This document shows, piece after piece, positions 43,977 through 53,607 of a stretch of 64,000 nucleotides of DNA; within the stretch, counting starts at the first letter, position 1; the number at the start of each line of letters is the position of its first letter. Made by a program: the position numbers and the translations under genes. Source of the DNA: a virus (lineage: Duplodnaviria; Heunggongvirae; Uroviricota; Caudoviricetes). The stretch is from IMG/VR virus record IMGVR_UViG_3300042339_000806. The stretch is one strand, 5' to 3'. Under the pieces are notes generated by a model. It did no database searches and had not been told where the DNA came from. It saw nothing but the letters and a program-made list of their open reading frames with translations.

Positions 43977-45419
43977 ATGAAAGAAAAATTTCGTTATGTT
44001 AAGAAGGAGGATCGTAAAAAGATTCTCTTGTTATGCGATGATATTAGGATGCATTCCGGTATCGCAACTATGGCCAGAGAGATTGTTGTAGGAACATCTC
44101 ACCACTTTAATTGGGTCAATTTAGGAGCAGCTATCAATCATCCAGAAGCAGGTAAAGCATTTAATATCTCAGCTGAGGTAGGAAAGTTAAACGGTATAGA
44201 AGATGCTGATGTAAAGGTAATTCCTAACAATGGTTATGGAGATGCTATGCAAATAAGAAATTTAATTGCTCAAGAAAAACCAGACGCTATTTTTATATTT
44301 ACTGATCCAAGATACTGGACTTGGTTGTTTGAAATAGAAAGAGAGATTAGAAATGAAATTCCTTTAATGTATTTAAACATTTGGGATGACTATCCAGCAC
44401 CTCTGTATAATAAACCTTACTACGAGTCATGTGACTTATTGATGGCAATCTCAAAACAAACTAAAAATATTAATGAAATAGTTTTAGGAGAAGCAGCTAA
44501 GGGTAAGCTACTTAAGTATGTTCCTCATGGAATAAACGATAAGCATTTCTTTCCTATGACTTCAGTAGATGAATTAGAAACACTAGGTAAATTTAAGAAA
44601 GACTTATTCCAAGGAAAAGATATCGAGTTCGTAGCATTCTTCAACTCTAGAAACATTAGAAGAAAATCTCCAGGAGATGTAATTCTTTCTTATAGAATGT
44701 TCTGTGATTTGATCGGAGAAGAGAAAGCTAAGAAATGTGCCCTTGTAATGCATACACAAGCTGTAGATGAAAATGGTACAGATCTTTATGCAGTAAGAGA
44801 AGCAATTTGTGATGACAGTTATGTAAATGTATTCTTCTCACAAGAGAGATTAGATACTCCACATATGAACTTACTGTATAATATAGCAGACGTTGGAATG
44901 CTTATCACTTCAAATGAAGGATGGGGGTTGTCTTTAACTGAAACTATGATGGCTGGTAAGATGATTATTGCCAACGTAACAGGTGGTATGCAAGATCAAA
45001 TGAGATTTACAGATGAGAACGGTAAGTGGATTGACTTCACTTCAGACTTCCCTTCTAATCATAGAGGAACATATAAGGAGTGTGGTGAGTGGGCAGTCCC
45101 TGTATTCCCTTCAAACATTTCAATGGTAGGCTCAGTTCCAACTCCTTATATCTTTGATGATAGATGTCGACCAGAAGATGTAGCTAAAGCTTTAGAAGAA
45201 GTTTACAACATGGGTAAAGAGGAAAGAAACAGAAGAGGAGCACTAGCAAGAGAATGGGTAACATCAGATGAATCAGGAATGTCAGCACGTCAGATGTGTG
45301 AGAATGTACTTGATTCAATGGATGAAACATTTGAGAAGTTTGTTCCTAGAACTAGATTTGATCTTTACAAAATAGAGGACCGACCAAAAAAATATATCAC
45401 ACATAAATTAATATACTAG
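43977..45419 (+). CDS. glycosyltransferase, GT-B fold (GT4-like)
   Basis: DVGMLITSNEGWGLSLTETMMAGKMIIANVTGG matches the GT4 EGFGL...EAMAxGxPVI region. Confidence 0.5.
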   Translation: MKEKFRYVKKEDRKKILLLCDDIRMHSGIATMAREIVVGTSHHFNWVNLGAAINHPEAGKAFNISAEVGKLNGIEDADVKVIPNNGYGDAMQIRNLIAQEKPDAIFIFTDPRYWTWLFEIEREIRNEIPLMYLNIWDDYPAPLYNKPYYESCDLLMAISKQTKNINEIVLGEAAKGKLLKYVPHGINDKHFFPMTSVDELETLGKFKKDLFQGKDIEFVAFFNSRNIRRKSPGDVILSYRMFCDLIGEEKAKKCALVMHTQAVDENGTDLYAVREAICDDSYVNVFFSQERLDTPHMNLLYNIADVGMLITSNEGWGLSLTETMMAGKMIIANVTGGMQDQMRFTDENGKWIDFTSDFPSNHRGTYKECGEWAVPVFPSNISMVGSVPTPYIFDDRCRPEDVAKALEEVYNMGKEERNRRGALAREWVTSDESGMSARQMCENVLDSMDETFEKFVPRTRFDLYKIEDRPKKYITHKLIY

Positions 45420-45421
45420 TT

Positions 45422-46735
45422 ATGAGTAAACCTACATTAGTAGTAAGCTGCCCTATCGATACATATTCAGGATACGGAGCAAGAGCCAGAGACTTTGTAC
45501 AATCGATTATCGATACAGATAAGTATGATGTTAGAATATTATCACAGAGATGGGGTAATACTAGATTTGGATACTTAAAAGATCACGGAAATGAATCTCT
45601 ACACTCTAGAGTTATTACACAACTAACACAACAACCAGACATCTGGATTCAAATTACAGTACCGAATGAATTCCAAAAGGTCGGTAAATATAATATTGGA
45701 GTAACAGCTGGTATTGAGACTACACTTTGTGATCCTTCCTGGGTACAGGGATGTAACAATATGGACTTAGTTATTGTATCAGCACAACATGCTAAGAAAG
45801 TATTTGAAGAAAGTAAATTCAATATACAAGATGAAAAAACAGGTCAAGTAACAGGAGTAGTTGAATTAAAAACTAAAGTTGAAGTAGTATTTGAAGGAGC
45901 TAATATAGAGAAGTATATGCCATTGGCATGGCCAGTAAAACTAGACTTAGATAGTATCGATGAAATGTTTTGCTTTTTAGTAGTAGGACATTGGCTACCG
46001 GGAGTACTTGGAGAGGATAGAAAGAATATTGGATACACTATCAAAGCATTCCTTGAAACATTTAAGAATAAGAAATCAGCACCAGCACTTCTTTTAAAAG
46101 TACAAGCAGGATCAGGAACATCTATTATGGATAGAGAAGCTGTATTGGATAAAATTGATGAAATAAAAAAAACTGTAAAAGGAAAGTTACCAAACATACA
46201 TCTTCTACATGGAGAGCTATCTGATGCTGAGATGAATGAGCTATACAATCACGGTAAAGTAAAAGCAATGATCTCTCTAACAAAAGGAGAAGGATTTGGA
46301 AGACCTTTATTAGAGTTTAGTTTAGTAAACAAACCAATTATAGTATCAGGATGGTCAGGTCATACAGACTTCTTAGATAATAAATTTACAAAACAAATAG
46401 GAGGTCAACTCACAAACGTACATCCTTCAGCTGCAATTGATAAGATGATACTAAGAGAAAGTCAATGGTTTACACCGGATGATATGCTAGTAGGCAAGGC
46501 ATTAAAAGATGTCTTTGAAGATTATAAACCATATAAGGAATTAGCAAAGAGACAGGGTCATAAGAGCAGAACTGAGTTCTCTTATGAGAAGATGAGAGAG
46601 ACGCTAGATAACCTTCTAACACAGTACATTCCTGAGTTCCCTAAGCAAGTACAGTTAAAGCTACCTACGCTTAAGAAAATAGAATTACCACAGGCTAATA
46701 AAGTTGAAATACCAAGGCTTAAAAAAATAGAATAA
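45422..46735 (+). CDS. glycosyltransferase, GT-B fold (GT4-like)
   Basis: ISLTKGEGFGRPLLEFSLVNKPIIVSGWSG matches the GT4 signature. Confidence 0.5.
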   Translation: MSKPTLVVSCPIDTYSGYGARARDFVQSIIDTDKYDVRILSQRWGNTRFGYLKDHGNESLHSRVITQLTQQPDIWIQITVPNEFQKVGKYNIGVTAGIETTLCDPSWVQGCNNMDLVIVSAQHAKKVFEESKFNIQDEKTGQVTGVVELKTKVEVVFEGANIEKYMPLAWPVKLDLDSIDEMFCFLVVGHWLPGVLGEDRKNIGYTIKAFLETFKNKKSAPALLLKVQAGSGTSIMDREAVLDKIDEIKKTVKGKLPNIHLLHGELSDAEMNELYNHGKVKAMISLTKGEGFGRPLLEFSLVNKPIIVSGWSGHTDFLDNKFTKQIGGQLTNVHPSAAIDKMILRESQWFTPDDMLVGKALKDVFEDYKPYKELAKRQGHKSRTEFSYEKMRETLDNLLTQYIPEFPKQVQLKLPTLKKIELPQANKVEIPRLKKIE

Positions 46736-47193
46736 TGGAAGAAAAAATGTCAATCTGTCCACACTGTGGAGGAAATGCTTGCTATGAACAAGCAGTAACA
46801 GAAGAAGTAACAACAAGCTTTTGCTTTGGTTGTGGATATTCAACTTCAACTCTAATGGTTGAAGGAGGAGATCTAGTAGCAAAAACACTAGAAGCATCAC
46901 CAGAACTTTATAAAGATCTTATGTTTATTGACGAAGATAAGAGAGTATGGTTCCCTTCAACAGTTACTCTTCCTGGTAAGGGAATGGTATTCTTAGATGG
47001 TACAGCAAAAGAGAATTGGAAATGGGCTGCAGTAAACTCTATAGAGATTTTAGAAGAAGAGAAATCTAAGTTCCCAAAAGGTCAAACAACTAAAATGGAT
47101 ATGAAAAATATTAAACATTTTGAGAAAGAAGACTTCATGGAAGCATTAGATGCTATAAACTTCTTTGATGTAGAAGTTGCAGAATCAAAATAG
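46735..47193 (+). CDS. zinc-ribbon-containing hypothetical protein
   Basis: CPHCGGNACY ... CFGCGY. Confidence 0.3.
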   Translation: MEEKMSICPHCGGNACYEQAVTEEVTTSFCFGCGYSTSTLMVEGGDLVAKTLEASPELYKDLMFIDEDKRVWFPSTVTLPGKGMVFLDGTAKENWKWAAVNSIEILEEEKSKFPKGQTTKMDMKNIKHFEKEDFMEALDAINFFDVEVAESK

Positions 47194-47211
47194 ATTTCGT
47201 ATATTTACAGT

Positions 47212-47826
47212 ATGAAAATAAGTTATGCAATAACAGTTTGTAATGAATTGGAGGAAGTGAAAAGACTAGTCAACTTCCTCCTTTCACATAAACGAAAAGA
47301 AGACGAGATAGTAATCTTGTTTGATGAGAAGAACGGAACAGATGAAGTATTTGATTATATAGAATCTCAAGTACACGACTGTGAAGTCTTCTGTGAAAAA
47401 TTCGAAGGACACTTTGCCGATTGGAAGAACTTACTGACTTCACATTGTACAGGAAATTATATCTTCCAAATAGATGCTGATGAGATTCCTCATCTCAATT
47501 TAATTCAAAACCTACCTACACTGTTAGAGACTAACGATGTTGATATGCTCAGAATACCTAGAGTAAATACTGTAGAAGGACTAACTCAAGAACATATTCA
47601 GAAGTGGGGATGGAATGTAAATGAAAAAGGATGGGTGAACTGGGCTGATTGGCAAATGAGAATCTATAAGAATGTTCCTTACATTAAATGGGTTAATAAG
47701 GTACATGAAGTACTAGAAGGATTTAAGATCCATGGCATGCTTCCAGTAGAAGAGGAATGGGCTTTGTACCATCCAAAGACAATTGACAGACAAGAGAAAC
47801 AAAACAACTACTACGATACATTATGA
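47212..47826 (+). CDS. glycosyltransferase family 2-like
   Basis: ISYAITVCNELEEV (GT2 N-terminal) and QIDADEIP (DxD). Confidence 0.45.
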   Translation: MKISYAITVCNELEEVKRLVNFLLSHKRKEDEIVILFDEKNGTDEVFDYIESQVHDCEVFCEKFEGHFADWKNLLTSHCTGNYIFQIDADEIPHLNLIQNLPTLLETNDVDMLRIPRVNTVEGLTQEHIQKWGWNVNEKGWVNWADWQMRIYKNVPYIKWVNKVHEVLEGFKIHGMLPVEEEWALYHPKTIDRQEKQNNYYDTL

Positions 47827-49022
47827 AAAAAATAAACAAACAAATTGATCTGTTTAAAGTATTTATGTCACCAACAGCAGCAGCAGAAGTGGGTGAAGTA
47901 CTTAATAGCGGTTTTATCGGACAGGGACCTAAAGTTAATGAGCTTGAAAAGAAATTACAAAACTTCCTTAAAGTAGATAACTCAGAGGTAATTACTTACA
48001 ATTCAGCAACATCAGCAGAACATTTAGCATACCATTTATTAAAAAAGCCTTCTAAAATATCAATAGGATTTGATGGAGCGGCTATGGTAACAGAGAACTG
48101 GCCAGGACTTGAAGAAGGGGATGAAGTATTAACAACAGCGTTGACTTGTACAGCAACCAATTGGCCTATTTTAGCAAATGGATTAAAGATCAAATGGGTA
48201 GATGTGGAACCTACTACAATGAATATTTGCTTAAAGGATTTAGAGAGTAAATTAACAGAGAAGACTAAAATTGTAGCCGTAGTACACTGGGGAGGATATC
48301 CAGTAGACTTAGTAGAACTTCAAGCTATTCAAAAAAGATATAGAGAGAAGTACGGCTTTCCTTTTATGATTATGGATGATGCTGCTCATGCTATGGGAAG
48401 TAAATTAGATGGAAAGAACATCGGCACATTCGAAACTATTACTACATTCTCATTACAAGCAATTAAACATATAACATCTGTAGATGGAGGATTCTGGACA
48501 TCACCTTTCATAGAATTAAACAAAAGAGCAAAACTAACTAGATGGTACGGTATTGATAGAGAAGGTCCTAGATCAGACTTTAGATGTGAATCAGATATTC
48601 CTGAGTGGGGTTTTAAATTCCATATGAATGATATCTGTGCAACAGTAGGACTCTCAAATCTAAATCATGCAGAAGAGATTATATCAAAGCATAAAGCAAA
48701 TGGAGCTTTCTATAATAAAGAATTGCAAGGAGTAAAAGGAGTTACTCTATTGGAGAATGATCCTAGAAAAGAATCAGCTTACTGGCTATATACTATGAGA
48801 GTAGAGAACAGAGATGCTTTTATGAAGTATATGTCTGAGAACGGAGTGGCTACTTCTAGAGTTCATGAAAGAAATGATAAGCATACTTGTACAAGAGAAT
48901 TCTTAGCTCCTCTTCCTAATGTAGATTTAGTATCAAAAGATATGATATGCATACCAGTAGGGTGGTGGGTAACAGAGGAAGAGAGACAGTACATAGTAGA
49001 TTTAATTAAACAAGGATGGTAG
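47823..49022 (+). CDS. DegT/DnrJ/EryC1-family PLP-dependent sugar aminotransferase
   Basis: MDDAAHAMGSKLDGKNIGTF...FSLQAIKHITSVDGG (active-site Lys region). 399 aa. Confidence 0.7.
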   Translation: MKKINKQIDLFKVFMSPTAAAEVGEVLNSGFIGQGPKVNELEKKLQNFLKVDNSEVITYNSATSAEHLAYHLLKKPSKISIGFDGAAMVTENWPGLEEGDEVLTTALTCTATNWPILANGLKIKWVDVEPTTMNICLKDLESKLTEKTKIVAVVHWGGYPVDLVELQAIQKRYREKYGFPFMIMDDAAHAMGSKLDGKNIGTFETITTFSLQAIKHITSVDGGFWTSPFIELNKRAKLTRWYGIDREGPRSDFRCESDIPEWGFKFHMNDICATVGLSNLNHAEEIISKHKANGAFYNKELQGVKGVTLLENDPRKESAYWLYTMRVENRDAFMKYMSENGVATSRVHERNDKHTCTREFLAPLPNVDLVSKDMICIPVGWWVTEEERQYIVDLIKQGW

Positions 49023-49240
49023 ATACTAAAGTAGATTTAAAATCATCAGTTACAGAAGCAGTAGGAGAATTAACAACTCAGATTATACACTTTGTAGGAG
49101 GAGAGAAGAGAACATTTACAGATGTAGTATCTACGTCAATCAGGCAAGGACAGTTCACAAAGTTTAAACAAAAGGACGGTACTTGGATTATGATAAATGA
49201 TAAGAATGTTTTATGTATAGAAGTTTTTAAACAAGAGTAG
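49016..49240 (+). CDS. hypothetical protein
   Basis: ORF only. Confidence 0.3.
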   Translation: MVDTKVDLKSSVTEAVGELTTQIIHFVGGEKRTFTDVVSTSIRQGQFTKFKQKDGTWIMINDKNVLCIEVFKQE

Positions 49241-49246
49241 ACAGAT

Positions 49247-49849
49247 ATGAAATATGCAAATATATTACCGCAACACAAATATCCTTGGCTGGAGACGTTG
49301 TACAGTATGGTACTTGATATAAAGCCTAAGGTAGTCATAGAGTACGGAACAGAGCATGCAGGCACGGCTATAGTAATGGGACTTGCATTGAAAGAGTTGT
49401 ACGAACAGGAACAGCATCAAGGAATTGTATTCACATATGATACTTTTGAAAAACAAAGTAAAGGGGAAATAGGCTCATCACCGAACTATAAAGTAGCAGT
49501 GGATAATATAGCTCACTACGGATTACAAGACTATGTAAAAGTGGACTATGGGGACTTTTTTAAATTTTGTGACGACCCTAGTAAAGAGTTTGATTTACTG
49601 TACTTTGACATAGACAATGATGGAGATAAGGTACTGGAAATGTATAACGGATGCAAGAGTAATATTGAAAAAGGCTCAGTAGTAATCTTTGAAGGAGGTT
49701 CACAAGTAAGAGACGATGTTGAATGGATGAATAATCTAAACAAAGTAAAAATTACAGACATTAAAGAACAAGTAGGGTACCAACTACTCACACCTAATCA
49801 AAAATACTCTTGTAGTATAATCTTTAACACCAAAAAATATAGTTTATGA
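49247..49849 (+). CDS. class I SAM-dependent methyltransferase (TylF/CmcI-like O-MTase?)
   Basis: VVIEYGTEHAGTAIVM (motif I-like) and LLYFDIDNDGD. Confidence 0.4.
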   Translation: MKYANILPQHKYPWLETLYSMVLDIKPKVVIEYGTEHAGTAIVMGLALKELYEQEQHQGIVFTYDTFEKQSKGEIGSSPNYKVAVDNIAHYGLQDYVKVDYGDFFKFCDDPSKEFDLLYFDIDNDGDKVLEMYNGCKSNIEKGSVVIFEGGSQVRDDVEWMNNLNKVKITDIKEQVGYQLLTPNQKYSCSIIFNTKKYSL

Positions 49850-50547
49850 TACAGTTTATAATAGTAGGGTGGCACTTTGACCTATACCCGGAATTAGTAC
49901 AGGAATTAATTGAATTGCAAGAGGCAAATAAAGATTCAATAAACATCTTTTGGTCATGTCATAGAGAGCCTTCAGAGTCAGTTAAAGCTAACTTCGAATA
50001 TAAAGTGTTTCCTAACTTAGGACTAGAGGATGGAGCTTATCAACAAGCATTAGATTACCTAGATATTGCTGACGATACTATTTTGTTCTTAATGCATGAC
50101 GATATCATAGTTAAGGATTGGGGATTCATTAATGAATGCATAGGAAGGTTAGAGCAAGGAGCTGCCTTCGTAGGTAATGGAATGAATTACCCAGACTATA
50201 TGTCTCCAACTAGAATCTACGATGAGGAGTTCTTTCCACGTACAGTACTAGAAGTATCACGTCCGGAGAGTCTTCACTACTTCCAGAAAGAAGGAATGGC
50301 CTATACCTTTAGAGAAAGCTTCCTATGTACAGTAAGAAAATATCTAAGAGATATAAATGACTTTGAAGTAGTATGGGAAGAGCCAGGAGAGAATATGCCA
50401 ATAGGTCCTATGGGTAATATGCAACAATCAATGCTGGGGTGGAAAATTACACAGACATATGGAGTAGAACGTATGAGCTATCTTTCAAATACTTACATGG
50501 ATTCCGATTGGTTATACGAATGTGAAAGAGGTCTAGTTAAAAACTAA
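49846..50547 (+). CDS. hypothetical protein (possible GT-A-like, HDD motif)
   Basis: ILFLMHDDIIV. Weak. Confidence 0.3.
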   Translation: MIQFIIVGWHFDLYPELVQELIELQEANKDSINIFWSCHREPSESVKANFEYKVFPNLGLEDGAYQQALDYLDIADDTILFLMHDDIIVKDWGFINECIGRLEQGAAFVGNGMNYPDYMSPTRIYDEEFFPRTVLEVSRPESLHYFQKEGMAYTFRESFLCTVRKYLRDINDFEVVWEEPGENMPIGPMGNMQQSMLGWKITQTYGVERMSYLSNTYMDSDWLYECERGLVKN

Positions 50548-50563
50548 TATAATAAAACAAGTT

Positions 50564-51556
50564 ATGGATAAAAAAGTATACTACATAAGTGATTGGCATG
50601 TAAGCCCAGGGCATTACAGTTACGAACGTCATCGCTTTCCACAAGCATACATAGAGCTAGCTCCTTGGTATATCTTAAACTGGAGAGATATTCCTAATGT
50701 AATAAAAGGTACTGGAAATATTATCGTAATAAACACTCCTGTTCACGATGAGTTGGCTAAGTTAAAGATTGCCGATAGTCTTACAGAAGGTAATGAAGTG
50801 TATATTGTACAGGAAGGATCCGTATGGGACTGGTTAGATTGGTCAGCTCCAGAACAAGAAATGTATATAAAGATACTGTCTAAAGCAAAAGCATACCTAT
50901 GCTCTAATGAATACGAAAAACGTATGATGAAAGTGTTTATAGAAAATAGTATAAAGGTACCGCCCTGCACTAGGCATTTCGCAGAATCAGCTAGAGAACA
51001 TTTAGGGAACTATGTGTTTATAGTTAATCCCTGTAAGGGATATCAGAGAGGTATGATCTCTCACAAGTTAGTATACGATAGTGTTCCTAAAGAATTAGAA
51101 GTGTATACTATGCATTATGATAGAACTCCTCACATTGGAAGAATGTTACCACTACCAGACTCGTACTCTATGCCAGGTTTTAAAAAATTAAACTATATGC
51201 AGCATGATGAGTTTTTATCCACTGCTTATACTTCAAGATTTGGAGTAGATATTCATAGGGACTTTTCAGCAGGACAAACAGCAGTAGACTTTGGATCACT
51301 CGGAGTACCTATGGTAGGTAATATTCAACTAGATGCTCAGAGAAATATATTTCCAGACACTTCTTTCGAATGGGACGACTACGAAGGATTTAAGAAATGT
51401 ATTAAAACACTTTCTACTGATGATGAATTCTGTAAAGAAGTCGGAAGAAAAGCTTTAGAGAATGTACAGAAAACACATTTAAGTACTATAGTTGTAGAAA
51501 CTTTTAAAAACGAATTTAATACATTAAGAGAATGTCAAACGGAATCTATAAAATAA
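50564..51556 (+). CDS. hypothetical protein
   Basis: 330-aa ORF inside the sugar island. Confidence 0.35.
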   Translation: MDKKVYYISDWHVSPGHYSYERHRFPQAYIELAPWYILNWRDIPNVIKGTGNIIVINTPVHDELAKLKIADSLTEGNEVYIVQEGSVWDWLDWSAPEQEMYIKILSKAKAYLCSNEYEKRMMKVFIENSIKVPPCTRHFAESAREHLGNYVFIVNPCKGYQRGMISHKLVYDSVPKELEVYTMHYDRTPHIGRMLPLPDSYSMPGFKKLNYMQHDEFLSTAYTSRFGVDIHRDFSAGQTAVDFGSLGVPMVGNIQLDAQRNIFPDTSFEWDDYEGFKKCIKTLSTDDEFCKEVGRKALENVQKTHLSTIVVETFKNEFNTLRECQTESIK

Positions 51557-52176
51557 CAGAAGACTTTGAAAAAGCCTTAGGAGATTATACAGGAGCAAAG
51601 TATGTAATTACTTTAGATAATATGAGTAACGGACTTTTCTTAGCACTATATTACGAGAACTATGTAAAAAAGAGCATAACATCTCCTACAATAAAAATAC
51701 CAAACAGAACATACCCTTCAGTACCATGTGAGATTATTCATGCTGGATTAAGAGTAGAGTTTGAAATAGTAGAGGGAAGAACTATTAAAGGAGCTTATAA
51801 TCTAAAAGGAAGTAATGTATGGGACTCTGCTTTATCGTTTACAGCAGACATGTATAAGCAAGGAACTCATATGTGTATATCTTTTACAGGACCTTATAAG
51901 CATTTTAAATTATCTAAAGGAGGAGCAATACTGACAGATAGCGAAGAGGCTTACTTGTGGTTTAAGAGAGCTAGGTATAGTGGAAGAAGAGAATGTTCGT
52001 ACCACGAAGATGATTTGGATATGTTAGGATGGAATTTCTATATGATGCCAGAGTTAGCAGCAAGAGGAATGTTATTAATGAATCAATTCTACACACTAGA
52101 CGGTACTAAGAAACATAATGCTGATTTAGAATTACCTTACCCAGACTTATCTAAGTTCGAGATATACACACGATGA
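51532..52176 (+). CDS. short DegT-like domain protein
   Basis: N-terminus ITEDFEKALGDYTGAKYVITLDNMSNGLFLAL and KLSKGGAILTDSEEAY resemble DegT N- and GEGG regions, but the protein is only 214 aa. Confidence 0.35.
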   Translation: MSNGIYKITEDFEKALGDYTGAKYVITLDNMSNGLFLALYYENYVKKSITSPTIKIPNRTYPSVPCEIIHAGLRVEFEIVEGRTIKGAYNLKGSNVWDSALSFTADMYKQGTHMCISFTGPYKHFKLSKGGAILTDSEEAYLWFKRARYSGRRECSYHEDDLDMLGWNFYMMPELAARGMLLMNQFYTLDGTKKHNADLELPYPDLSKFEIYTR

Positions 52177-52745
52177 AAAAAGCTTTAATAGGATTTGGGG
52201 GACATGCTAGAGAGGTCTTAGCTCAAATGGGAGAAGATCTTATATGCTTTGTAGATAATCAATATGTAGTAGAGGGTACATTACCTATCTCTTCTTTTGA
52301 TCCTACAGAGTATGAAGTAATGGTAGCAGTAGGAGACTCTAAGGACAGGTACGACATAGTTCAGAAGCTTCCAAAAGAGACTAAATACTTTACCTTCATA
52401 CATCCTACAGCTCTTATAATGAATAATGTGGAGATAGGAGAGGGTAGTTTTATTGGTGCTTATTCAATACTTACTACTAATATTAAAATAGGTAAACATG
52501 CATTACTGAATAGAGGTAATCAAATAGGGCATGACTGCATCATCGGAGATTACTTCAGTGCAATGCCAGGAGCTATTGTATCAGGTAATGTAACAATTTA
52601 CAGCTGCGTGTATATGGGAACTAACTCAACAATTAGAGAAAAACTATCAGTACATAGCTTTGCTACAATCGGACTTAATGCCGGAGTTGTAAAATCAACA
52701 GAAGGTCCTTATACTTATATAGGAACACCAGCTAAAATACTATAA
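52173..52745 (+). CDS. NeuD/PglD-family sugar N-acetyltransferase (left-handed beta-helix)
   Basis: N-terminal MKKALIGFGGHAREV Rossmann-like NeuD start plus hexapeptide repeats (IGDYFSAMPGAIVSGNVTIYSCVYMGTNSTI). Confidence 0.65.
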   Translation: MKKALIGFGGHAREVLAQMGEDLICFVDNQYVVEGTLPISSFDPTEYEVMVAVGDSKDRYDIVQKLPKETKYFTFIHPTALIMNNVEIGEGSFIGAYSILTTNIKIGKHALLNRGNQIGHDCIIGDYFSAMPGAIVSGNVTIYSCVYMGTNSTIREKLSVHSFATIGLNAGVVKSTEGPYTYIGTPAKIL

Positions 52746-52755
52746 ACAAAATAGA

Positions 52756-53607
52756 ATGAAAGTACTAGTAACAGGAGGAGCAGGATTTGTAGGAACAAAT
52801 CTAATCAAAAGACTTCTAGAGGAAGGACATGAAGTTGTATCGGTTGATAACTACAACACAGGATTGAAAAGCAATCATCAAGAAGGATGCTTATATGTTG
52901 AACAAGACATAAGAAACATATCTGATTATTCTGCATGGGGTAAATTTGATATTGTATATCATTTAGCAGCAATTGCTAGAATACAGCCATCCTTTATCAA
53001 TCCGGAAGAGTACTTTATAACTAATGCTTATGCTACTATGAAGATAGCTAAGTATTGTTCCGATAAGAACATACCACTTGTATATGCAGGAAGTAGTTCA
53101 CATCATTCAGGTAAGTTTAAAAATCCATATACATTTAGTAAGGATGTAGGAGAAGAAGTAATCCAGTTATTTGAACAACATTACAATTTAAAAGCTACCA
53201 TAGTACGATTTTATAATGTATACGGACCATATCATTTAAAAGAAGGAGGATATACTACTCTAATAGGAGCATGGGAGAAGAGAGTTGAAGAAGGTAAGTC
53301 ACTAATCATTTACGGAGATGGAACAAAGCGTAGAGACTTCACACACGTTGATGATATTATAGAAGGATTAGTATTAGTGAATACTAAACAAGCTTGGGGG
53401 ATTATATTTGAATTAGGAAAAGGACATAACTATTCAGTTAATGAAATAGCAGATGCTTTTGGAATAGAGGTAGAATATAAAGAGAACAAGCCAGGTGAAG
53501 CAGAGATAACTCTATGTACAGATACAGCAGCAAGAGACATCCTAGGTTGGAATCCTGAGAAAGATATCATAGATTACATAAAAGAATACTTATCATGCAA
53601 AAAATAA
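52756..53607 (+). CDS. NAD-dependent epimerase/dehydratase (SDR)
   Basis: VLVTGGAGFVGTNLIKRLLEEGHEVVSVDN Rossmann motif. YxxxK region present. Confidence 0.7.
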   Translation: MKVLVTGGAGFVGTNLIKRLLEEGHEVVSVDNYNTGLKSNHQEGCLYVEQDIRNISDYSAWGKFDIVYHLAAIARIQPSFINPEEYFITNAYATMKIAKYCSDKNIPLVYAGSSSHHSGKFKNPYTFSKDVGEEVIQLFEQHYNLKATIVRFYNVYGPYHLKEGGYTTLIGAWEKRVEEGKSLIIYGDGTKRRDFTHVDDIIEGLVLVNTKQAWGIIFELGKGHNYSVNEIADAFGIEVEYKENKPGEAEITLCTDTAARDILGWNPEKDIIDYIKEYLSCKK

